From Paraspadella gotoi (Eukaryota > Animalia > Chaetognatha), in NCBI GenBank assembly GCA_051294375.1, contig JBJCIZ010000026.1, forward strand, positions 54,966-93,369: DNA of 38,404 nt, in the 5' to 3' direction. Under the pieces are notes generated by a model. The model worked only from the letters and a program-made list of their open reading frames with translations. It made no database searches and was not told where the DNA came from. Shown here piece after piece: positions 1 through 9,165 of this stretch; positions within the stretch are counted from its first letter, which is position 1; each line of letters opens with the position of its first letter. Position numbers and translations under genes: made by a program.

Positions 1-492
1 TCTCTCTTATAAAAAACTATATAACTATAATTAACTAAACTAAATGAACATTTTATATTCTTTTCCCCGTCATCATATTTATCTTCTTTACTGTTGTGGA
101 TTTACAAAAGGTAAGTCCTATTTTGTGAATTCGTACAATAAACTTTTTAATTAATTTATGTGTTGTTTCCCCGCCATTCGTTTAAGCAAAAATAATGATA
201 TTAAGCGAAATTCTTGCAAGATTCATTTTACCTTAAAGCAGAAACAGTCTTTCGAGGTTTTTCAAAATCGTGCGTCTGAATTAGTGGCGCGATCGTCGCT
301 GTCGTCGTCGTCGTCGTCGTCGTCGTTTCTATCATCGTCGCCCTTTTCGTCGCACCCATGTGAGTTGCTTATCGCATGGTACAATGTAGCATGTAGCAAG
401 TATTAGAAAGTATTAGTAAATATGACAAAGTATTAGCAAGTGTTATCGAAAATAATGTAATGGAAACCCGACAGATATTCAGTCATACACAT

Positions 493-582
493 ATACACCG
501 ACGGACCGAAAGATGTGTTATAGAGTTTCTGCCCCCCAAAAAAAACAAGAAGAAGAAGTAGTACTCGCGGCGCAACTAAAAA
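493..582 (-). mobile_element. DINE-1/HINE-like non-autonomous element end
   Basis: GACGGACCGAAAG..TATAGAGTT..AGTACTCGCGGCGCAACTAAAA is shared with 20515-20632. Confidence 0.5.
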
Positions 583-667
583 CCCGAGAGTGAGTAAAAA
601 GTATTGGTCGTTAGTAGTCAGCTCATGAAGCGGCCTTCCCTTTGATGTTTCAACGCGAATAACATAT

Positions 668-1027
668 CTTTTTTTTTAGCTTTTTAGAGTTTTTTTTTCC
701 TCTTTTTTTTTAACTTAAACTCATACCTAAAAAAAGAAAAAGGATAACCTAATGCTTCCGTTTGTCCACCAGTCTGTGCATCAGTATGTCTGTCGCTTTA
801 AACGACCTTTTGTTCATTGAAGTTAATTATTTAATTAATTAATTAGCGCGTTTTTGTTTGTTATTGGTCACTCCTTTTCTCACTCTTTTTTTCTTTTCCC
901 TTTTAGATTTAATTCTGCTTCCATTTTCGTCCCTTTTTTATTCTTTCCCTTTTAGATTTCCTTCCTTGACTCTCAGACTTTTATCGCACAATTCTCCTCA
1001 CCTATTCTCACTCGAGTTCCATTCGAT

Positions 1028-1065
<38 letters not shown>

Positions 1066-1436
1066 GGCCGAAAATGCGTTAGATATGGCTCGTAGTACAG
1101 TTACGCTGCGCTGAAATTAAAATAGTCGAGAAGATGGAAAGCGTGGAAACAAGATGAGAGAGAGAAGGGGAGAGAGAGAGAGAGAGAAGAGAGAGAAGAG
1201 AGAAAGAGAGAGAGAGAAAGAGATGAGGTGGTGCTAGAGGCAAGTATTATGATGAAACGGAGAAAAATGTAAAAAAGATGTTAAAGGGGAAAAGAGACGA
1301 CGGAGAAATAAATGAAAAAATCGGATAAAAAAAATATATGAAAAATGGAGGGGAAAAAGATGGATACGATAAATCTTTGTTTTATCTTTAGCCGCCTCGC
1401 TAGGAGAAATGGCGTTAGTTAATCTCTCTATCTCTC

Positions 1437-1474
<38 letters not shown>

Positions 1475-2549
1475 CTCTCTCTTCTCTCTCTCTCTTCTTC
1501 TTCTCTCTCTCGTTCTTTCTCTGAAAAGGGTTAAATATTTAAATTTCAAGAGCGGACAAATTTGGGCAGAATTCAAAAAAATCTGCACAGAGAAATAGGC
1601 GGTGTACCATACCGCCATTTTCAACGAGTTTTGCAGAAATCGTGAATCAATGACCAGTGGAGGATTGTTTTTGTTTTGTCGCCTTCAAAAAATTAAGAGA
1701 AGATGTTTTCGACGTTGTTCGAGGATTTTACGTCTTTTGTCTGAAGGAATGACTATAGAAGAAGCAAGAGAGAAGAAGAAAGAGAGAGAGAGAGGAGGAG
1801 AGAGAGCAAGAGGAGAGAAGGGAGAGTAGTTAGGGACCACGGAGTGTCGAGAATGAGAGGAGAGATCGAGTTAAGGAGATGTACGAGGTAGATGTAGAAA
1901 GAAGTAGTTGGAAGAGTAGAGAGCACCGAACACTTCATTTGGTTTTCCGAACCTGCGATGGAACTGCAACGTCAGATTGTCAAGAGAGAAGAGGAGGCAC
2001 AGGTTATGAAAGTCAAGAGAGCAAGAGCGAAGTAGAGGAAAGGGAGAAGAGAGTGAGAAGGTAGGAGGGTAGAGGGTGCAGCGACGGATATGGTACGGTA
2101 CATTGAGAGAGCGAAGTCGGAATCGGTATGCGTGACGATCGTACTGATGAGAATGACTGAAGGGGAGAGATTGTGCCGATAGAAAAGGATCGTGAAGAGG
2201 AAAGGAAGAAATGTCTAAAGGGAAAAGAATAAAAAAGGGACGAAAATGGAAGCAGAATTAAATTAAAAGGAAAATATGCTGATATAATACAAGAAGTGTG
2301 AAGTGAAAACAGGAAGTGACCAGATACAAACAAAAAACGGCGCTAATAATATTATGTAAATAAATTAGACGATCAATGAACAAAAGGTCGTTTTAAAGCG
2401 ACGAGACATGAACCTGATGCGCGGCTATGACTGGTGGACAAACGAACGCAATTAGGATCATCCTTTTGTCTCTTTTATTATAGGTATGAGGCTTAACAAG
2501 TTAAAAAAAAGAGGAAAAAAAAAACTGCTAAAAGCTCAAATAAAAGAAA
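668..2549. repeat. Inverted repeat pair (~668-1030 and ~2100-2549)
   Basis: For example TTTAATTCTGCTTCCATTTTCGTCCCTTTTTTATTC (~908-943) is reverse-complemented at ~2228-2263. Confidence 0.8.
1064..1985 (+). repeat. Direct duplicate (empty-site copy) of 3090-4700
   Basis: Colinear from TAAGGCCGAAAATGCG to ..CATTTGGTTT(T)CCG..GGAACT. It lacks the 3640-4407 insert. Confidence 0.85.
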
Positions 2550-3172
2550 NNNNNNNNNNNNNNNNNNNNNNNNNGTGATGGGTGAAATTTCATATATTTT
2601 CTTCTCCCCAAAGACGAACAAAGAAAGAAAATTGCATAATTTTGGAGGCAGAGACAAAAAGAGTAGAAGAGATGAGAGGAGGAGAGAGGGAGAGGAGAGG
2701 GAGAGAGCATGAATTTAAATAATGAAGGATAATAAACTGGAAAAAATGTATAAGAAAAGATAGAAAAGAAAGATGGAGATTGTAAGAAGATAATAAACGA
2801 GATGAGAGATTCTTTATCAAAAAGCTTGTACAGAAGAATGGAGGCCTTATTGTATAATAAAGCCTGTCCAAAGTCGGATAGCTTATTTATTTAATTGAAT
2901 TGATAATTATTGTACTTGTTGTTACCGATTTGATGGAGAGGAAGGACATAAAGTGGCTTGAGGCTTGAGGTCACAAATAACAGAAAGTTTTAAAGTACAT
3001 TGTACAATATTGTAAATTCTTTAGACAGGATAAGAAAAAGAGAAGGAAAAAGAGAGGGGAAAGAAAAGAAAAAAGATAGGGATAAGCTTTAAGGGCGAAA
3101 ATGCGTGATGGCTCGTATGTCAGTACGTGCGCTGAAATTAAAATAGTCGAGAGATGGAAAAGCGTGGAAACA

Positions 3173-3204
<32 letters not shown>

Positions 3205-3209
3205 GAGAG

Positions 3210-3251
<42 letters not shown>

Positions 3252-3688
3252 AGAGAGAGGATAAGAGATGAGGGCCCAAGTAGTTATGATGAAACGGAGA
3301 AAAATGAAAAAAGATGTTAAAGGGGAAAAGAGACGACGGAGAAATAAATGAAAAAATCGGATAAAAAAAATATATGAAAATGGATTGGGAAAAAGATGGA
3401 TACGATAAACATTTGTTTTATCTTTAGCGCCTGCGCTAGGAGAAATGCGCGTTAGTTAATCTCTCTATCTCTCTCTCTCTCTCCTCCTTCTCTCTCTCTC
3501 TCTCTCTCTCTTCTCTCCTCTCTCTTCTCTCTCTCTCTCTTCTTTCTCTGAAAAGGAGTTTGGTTAATAATTAAATTTCAAAGAGCGGACAATATTTGGG
3601 CAGAATTCAAAAAATCTGCACTATGGAAATAGGCGGTGTCTTGGTGTCCTATTCACCACAGATAAATTTAAAAGCTGTTGCTTTCGCA

Positions 3689-3758
3689 GCGCCTCGGTGG
3701 CTCAGTGGACTAATGCCACCATCCCAATGTGCGTCCCTGGTCTCCGGAGCCCTGAGGT
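3689..3758 (+). promoter_or_regulatory. tRNA-derived (Gly-CCC-like) Pol III internal promoter in LTR1
   Basis: A box TGGCTCAGTGG at 3698-3708. TCCCAA anticodon-like loop. The B box is indel-damaged (GGTCTCCGGAGCCC). GCCTC/GAGGT can form an acceptor-like pairing. Confidence 0.7.
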
Positions 3759-3762
3759 TTTG

Positions 3763-3844
3763 TCATGTAGAAAGTGGGGTGAGACCGGGTAAACCGCCTT
3801 AGGCATGGGCCTACTGCCATGATCCAAGCTCTGGACTACAATGA
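3763..3844 (+). ncRNA. Putative P5-type twister ribozyme (LTR1 copy, noisy)
   Basis: P5 TGTAG/CTACA; TAA..CCGCC; P3 TAGGC-ATGG-GCCTA; P4 with loop TCC(A)AAGC closed by TCTGG. Predicted cut T3790/A3791. Confidence 0.6.
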
Positions 3845-3914
3845 ACATGCTGTCATCGCTGTCGCCACGAGGTGACACGCTGCGGGTGTGGCGCCTGTAA
3901 ACCAGCCTCTTCAA

Positions 3915-3950
3915 TGGTGAGGCCCGAGCGTGATCCGAACACGCAAAACC
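3915..3950 (+). promoter_or_regulatory. Primer-binding site complementary to tRNA-Trp 3' end (extended)
   Basis: TGGTGAGGCCCGAGCGTGATCCGAACACGCAAAACC aligns by eye to the reverse complement of the eukaryotic tRNA-Trp 3' end (TGGTGACCCCGACGTGATTTGAACACGCAACC, recalled from memory). Confidence 0.8.
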
Positions 3951-4100
3951 CGCGCATTGATAATACTCATTCTGCCCTTGATAAGGGTTTTTGAGCTACA
4001 CCAGCTGCCAAACTCCAAAGCAAGGCCACCAGAATTGGAAGAGAGCGTTTCAGCGGAGAGACATGCGCCTTCATCCCCCTGCTTCGGTACTCTCATATGC

Positions 4101-4118
4101 GAAGAGTCCTGGGGGCGG
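4101..4118 (+). promoter_or_regulatory. Polypurine tract-like sequence
   Basis: GAAGAGTCCTGGGGGCGG lies immediately upstream of LTR2. A CTGGGGG-type tract is typical of Gypsy PPTs. Confidence 0.65.
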
Positions 4119-4174
4119 CTGGTTCTGGTGGTCCTATCACCACAGATTAAATTAAAAGCTGGTGTGCTTTCGCA

Positions 4175-4243
4175 GCGCCTCGGTGGCTCAGTGGACTAAT
4201 GCACCATCCCAATGTGGCGTCCCTGGTTCGAGCCCTTGAGGTT
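4175..4243 (+). promoter_or_regulatory. tRNA-derived (Gly-CCC-like) Pol III internal promoter in LTR2
   Basis: A box TGGCTCAGTGG at 4184-4194 and canonical B box GGTTCGAGCCC at 4225-4235, with tRNA-like spacing. Not a complete cloverleaf. Confidence 0.8.
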
Positions 4244-4244
4244 G

Positions 4245-4328
4245 TCATGTAGAAAGTGGGATGGACCGGGTAACCGCCTGTAGGGCATGGGCCTTACTAG
4301 CCGAAGATCAAAGCTCTGGACTACATGA
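4245..4328 (+). ncRNA. Putative P5-type twister ribozyme (LTR2 copy)
   Basis: P5 TCATGTAG/CTACATGA (8 bp); GTGG-GA-TGG; ACCGGG-TAA-CC-GCC; P3 GTAGGGC/GCCTTAC; the L4 AAGC is followed by TCTGG. Predicted cut T4271/A4272. Confidence 0.65.
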
Positions 4329-5220
4329 ACATTGCCTGTTCTCGCTGTTCGCCCGAACGGTGACACCGCTGCGGGTGTATGGCGCCCTTGTAAAACCAGC
4401 CTCTTCAGGTGTACCAATTACCGCCATTTTGCAACGATTTTGCAGAAAGAATAGAAATCGGTGAATCAATGCACGCAGCGAGATTTTTTTTCCTTGCAAA
4501 AACTAACGAAAATGTTTTTCACTTTCAGATTTTAGTTCTTTGTCTCGATAGGATATGACCCTAAGGAGAGAGAGAAGAGAGACGAGTAAGGAGATGAGAG
4601 AGAGGAGAGATGAGAGAAGAGTTGCGAAGTTAGAGAGACCGAACCTCATTTGGTTTCCGTAACCTCGATGGAAACTCAAGTCAATGTCAGATGAGAGATG
4701 AGAGATGCTTATCCCTATCTTTTTTCTTTTCTTTCCCCTCTCTTTTCCTTCTCTTTTTTCTTATCCTGTCTAAGAATTACAATATTGTACAATGTACTTT
4801 AAACTTTCTGTTATTTGTGACCTCAAGCCTCAAGCCACTTTATGTCCTTCCTCTCCATCAAATCGGTACAACAAGTACAATAATTATCAATTCAATTAAT
4901 AAATAAGCTATCCGACTTTGGACAGGCTTTATTATACTAAGGCCTCCATTCTTCTTACAAGCTTTTTGATAAAGAATCTCTCATTCTCGTTTATTATCTT
5001 CTTACAATCTACATCTTTCTTTTCTATCTTTTCTTATACATTTTTCCCAGTTTATCCTTCATTATTTAAATTCATGCTCTCTCTCTCTCTCTCTCTCCTT
5101 CTCTCTTCACTCTTTTGTCTCTCGCCTCCAAAAATGCATTTTTCTTTCGTCTTTGGGGAGAAAATATATGAAAATTCACTCAAAATTACTTAGCATATGC
5201 CTGAAAAGAAAGAGAGAGAC

Positions 5221-5260
<40 letters not shown>

Positions 5261-5541
5261 CCAGAAAGAGAAAGTAAAAGAGATATAGACAAAGAGAGAG
5301 AAAAAGTTAGAGAGAAAGAGATATAGATAGAGAGAGAGACAGCATAGAGATATAGATAGAGAGAGAGACAGCAAAGCGGAGACACACAGAGAGAGAGAGA
5401 GAGAGAGAGCAAGACACAGAAAGAGAGAGCCAGAAAGAGAAAGTGAAAGAGATATAGAAAAAGAGAGAGAGAAAGTTACAGAGATAGAGATAGATAGATA
5501 TAGATAGAGAGAGAGAGACAGCAAAGCAGAGACACACACAC

Positions 5542-5581
<40 letters not shown>

Positions 5582-5990
5582 CTACACAAAAGAGAGTGTA
5601 CTAAAATTAGGGAAAATTAAATTTTCTGTTCACCATAAATTTTGTCCAGGGAAAAACGAAGGGAGAATACGAAATTTAAAGTCTTTTTCTTTTTTTAAAA
5701 ATAAAAAAAACATGAGGGGGAAATATAAATATAAAAAAGAATAAGAAAGAGAATAAGAAAGAGAATAAGAAAGAGAAGACGTTGTTCAAAAAATAATAAG
5801 AAACGATGAAGAAATGAAAAATCTTCCTCCGCGTTTTTCATTTTCAAAATTTTTCCTTCTAATTCATCTTTTCACTTCGCTTCTCGATCACTTCACTTTA
5901 CGATACTTTACTTTACTTTACATTACTTTATTTACTTTATTTTACTTTACATTATTTTACTTTATTATACTTGGGTTATACTTGGGTCTA

Positions 5991-6270
5991 AGACCCAATA
6001 GACCCAATAACTTATGACCCGATAACCGAGGGTCCAAGACCCAATAGACCCAATAACTTATGACCCGTAACCGATTGTCCGAGACCCAATGGACCGAATA
6101 ACTTATGACCCAATAACCAAGGGTCAAAGACCCAATAGACCCAATAACTTATGACTCGATAACCGAGGGTCATAGACCCAATAGACCCAATAACTGATTG
6201 CCCAAAAAGAAATAAATCATGATCAAACAAATTGAATGGTCAAGACCAATGACCCAAAAACAAATTACCC
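5991..6270 (+). repeat. ~46-bp minisatellite built from GACCCAATA subunits
   Basis: Unit GACCCAATAGACCCAATAACTTATGACCCGATAACCGAGGGTCCAA, about 4-5 copies, decaying toward the 3' end. Confidence 0.85.
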
Positions 6271-6272
6271 AA

Positions 6273-6410
6273 GGCCCAAAATCAAACAACTGAAGGGCCA
6301 AACCTCATTAATTAATGGCCCAAGATCAAACAACTGAAGGGCCAAACCTCATTAATTAATGGCCCAAGATCAAACAACTGAAGGGCCAAACCTCATTAAT
6401 TAATGGCCCA
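6273..6410 (+). repeat. 44-bp tandem repeat, about 3 copies
   Basis: GGCCCAAGATCAAACAACTGAAGGGCCAAACCTCATTAATTAAT starts at ~6273, 6317 and 6361. Confidence 0.9.
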
Positions 6411-6989
6411 ATAGTGATTTCAATGTTGGCTTCGGTCACGTGACAGTCACATGACCCCAATAACAGAAATGTTATGACATAATTGAAGCCCCAAAACACA
6501 ATAATGAGAGAGAGAGATAGAGAGAGGGTTAAGTAAATTAAATNNNNNNNNNNNNNNNNNNNNNNNNNTAAAGTTGTTTTTTTTGGAAATTCTTCTACTC
6601 GTTTTCACAACGTCCGTCGCTTTTTTGGTCCGATTTTTCTAACAGCTGCTTTGTACGAATACATTCTCTCCTTTCCCTTCTCGTCTCTCTCTCTCCTCTC
6701 GCTGCTCTCTTCCTCTCTCCTTCTCTGTCCCTGCCGCTCCGTAAATTGGTTTTCAAATTTAATTTGGATCAATAGCGGCCAACCAAGTCCGTCCTCACGC
6801 TCCAGAAATGACTCTTCAGGCCATTTCCCAATGCCATCATTTCAGCTCTCTCCTCTCTTCTCTCTCTCTCTCATCTCTCTCTCTCTCTCTCCTCTCTCTC
6901 CTCTCTCTCCTCTCTCTTCCTCCTCTCCTCCCTCCTAATCATCTCATTCTTCGCACCCATAAACTCCACTCCCTCGAACGCGGCAATGG

Positions 6990-8687
6990 ACGCAACTACG
7001 ACGACGACAAAACGACGATGACGACGACGACGACGAACAGAGAGAACGACGACAATCGTCGCGTTAATGATTAACTCGTTCCGGGTTTCGTTTTTCGTTC
7101 CGTGCCGCAACCGTAACGTCGTCGTCTCTCGTCGTCGTCCGTCGTCGCAGTTACTTAAAAATAGCTCCGTATTTCCTGTCCCGTCGTAATTAATTTGGCG
7201 TATGTTGTTTTTTTGGTCTCTTTGTTTATTATATATAATTCTTTTGTTTTGAGTAATCCCATTTATCATATTTTCAAAAATAAAAAAAAGCTCGAAAAAT
7301 AGAGAGAAAAAAAGAAAGAAGATAAAAAGAAAGACAACGATGTCAAGAGACAGAAAGAACGACAGACAGGACAGAGCAAACATTAACTTCAATTCGGGCT
7401 GTGGGAACTCTCACTTCTTCCCATTTCCAAAAAGCTTCCTTCAATCTTCCGGGAAAAAAATCAAATGTATCCTTTTTTTTTCATAAAAGTTTAAAGCGTC
7501 ATAAAATTTTGAGATTCTCGTTTTTAATGTCGATTCTTTTTCAGTTTTGAAAGTTTAAAAGCAAAAAGGGATTTCGCGTTTTTGGGACATTTCGAATCTG
7601 GTTGAGGGAGTTATCTGGAAAATGTTTCTTTTTTTTTTCTTTTTTTCTTCTTTTCTTTAATTTCTTTTTTGCTTTCTTCTCTCTCTTTCTTTTTTTTGTT
7701 TTTTTTCTTTCTTCTTTCTTTTCTTTCTTCTTTCTTTCTTTCTCTCTTCTTCTCTCTATTCTTTTCTTTCGTTCTTTTCACTTTCTTCTTTCTCTTTTTT
7801 CCTCTTTCTCAAACCAGAAAATGAAAAACATAAAAAACACAAACAAAAAAAGCTCATTTACAACAAAACTTTTTTTTTCGTTTTCCTTAAATATTATTTT
7901 CTGTAACCTTACCCCCGGAAAATAATTCTTCCGCCAAATTATCCCGGGAACGGATCGTTCCCTTCAGTTCGAGTTGATGAATTTTACCACCAAAGAATCT
8001 TCAAGCTTACTCACCTAAAATATCACCTCATCCTGGATCAGTATCTCTGGATGATATCAAATAGCACTTTAAGTAGCGCCAAAAATTTGAACTAAACATT
8101 TGAATAAAGTAACACGCAAGAGAAGTATCATTTAAAGGAAAAACTCATGGTATAATCTTTTTTTAAAATTCTTTCATTAAATTGTAACCACCAATTTCGA
8201 ATGTTTGATTATTTAAACGTATCCCAATTTTTAATTTTTCCAGATAAAATCAAAGTGTTAGTGTTATAATTAAGATTAAGGGATTTAGGTTAGGTTTTGT
8301 AGTTAGGAATTACATTAAATGATTAGAGGTAGGGATTATGGTTAGAGACTAAGAGTTAGTTATTAAGGGTTCCCTGTGGTTAAAGATTATGTTATGATTT
8401 TTTGATTTCGTGTGGGGATAAGGTTATACGATTTCTGTATGGATTTTGTTAGATATTCCGGTTATGACTAAGTTCAGGCGATTAGGGGCGGAACAAAAAT
8501 GGGGCTCTTTTTGGAAAAGAGAGCTCCAAAGCTAAAAACTACCCCACCACGTGCGAAAATATCAACCTAAGGAATTTGTGATTTTATTTTTTTGGGAAGA
8601 GAGAAAGAATAAATGAATGACTCGGCGAATCTGAATCAGACACGTGGGAGGTGAGAGAAGAGAGAGAGAGAGAGAGAGAAGGAGGAG

Positions 8688-8730
<43 letters not shown>

Positions 8731-9127
8731 TAGGTGCTTACTCTGTAAAACTGATGAAGCTCACTATGAATAGAGTGAGAGAGCGTGAGAAAGTAGAGAC
8801 AAGAGAGAGGAAGGGAAAACTATTGAAAAATAAACTTTCTCTGCCATTTTAAGGATGAATAGCCTGTTATTTCAAATGTCAAAGTTGAGGGTGAGAAGAG
8901 AGAGAGTAGAGAGAGAGAGAGAGGAGAGAGGAAGAGAGAAGAGAAGAGAGGAGAGAGAGGAGAGAGAGGGGCAGAGAGAGAGTATGTGAGAGAGAGAGAA
9001 TGAAAAGTAGAAAGTGAGAAGAGAGGAGAGAAAGAATGAAAGTCAGAAATGAAAACGAGAGAGTATGAAAGAGAGAAAAGACGAATAGCAGTACAGAGAA
9101 GAGACGAGGAGAGAGAGAGCGAGGAGA

Positions 9128-9165
<38 letters not shown>

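Larger units (their letters stand above)
3640..3913 (+). repeat. 5' LTR of TRIM
   Basis: Starts with a TGGTG..CACCA hairpin and ends CTCTTCA. Colinear with 4122-4407, differing mainly by indels. Confidence 0.88.
3640..4407 (+). mobile_element. Non-autonomous mini LTR retrotransposon (TRIM): LTR-PBS-internal-PPT-LTR, with tRNA-derived LTRs (Helenus/TRIMp3-like) that also carry a twister-like ribozyme
   Basis: Two ~275-285 bp direct repeats (3640-3913 and ~4122-4407), both ending CCTCTTCA, flank ~210 bp of non-coding sequence. A TGG-starting PBS begins 1 nt after LTR1 and a G-rich tract precedes LTR2. GGTGT lies on both sides (3635-3639, 4408-4412). The paralogous or allelic copy of this region has a single GGTGT (1601-1605) and no insert. 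The exact 5' boundary is uncertain by a few nt. Confidence 0.9.
4122..4407 (+). repeat. 3' LTR of TRIM
   Basis: Direct repeat of 3640-3913. Follows the PPT and is followed by the GGTGT target duplication. Confidence 0.88.
2575..5182. repeat. Inverted repeat pair (~2575-3088 and ~4706-5182)
   Basis: The arms are reverse complements; ORFs 2590-2871(-) and 4918-5193(+) both start MDRLYYT. Confidence 0.85.

Noticed and set aside
3863-3873. CGCCACGAGGT complementary to a tRNA-Trp 5' end (possible bipartite PBS)
   Set aside because: Not retained in LTR2 and explained equally well as part of a local hairpin.
3930-4199. 89-aa ORF in the TRIM internal region
   Set aside because: No recognisable domain, and it runs from the PBS into LTR2. 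The element is best read as non-coding.
4175-4243. Functional tRNA-Gly genes here, at 3689 and at 25546
   Set aside because: The cloverleaves are incomplete, there is no clean terminator, and they are embedded in LTRs. Treated as tRNA-derived promoters.
5991-6410. CRISPR-like periodic array
   Set aside because: Head-to-tail tandem repeats without unique spacers, in a eukaryotic context with no cas genes.
8270-8420. Telomere or interstitial telomeric repeat (also ~10030-10070 and the mirror copies)
   Set aside because: Highly degenerate TTAGG(G)-like low complexity with no pure array.
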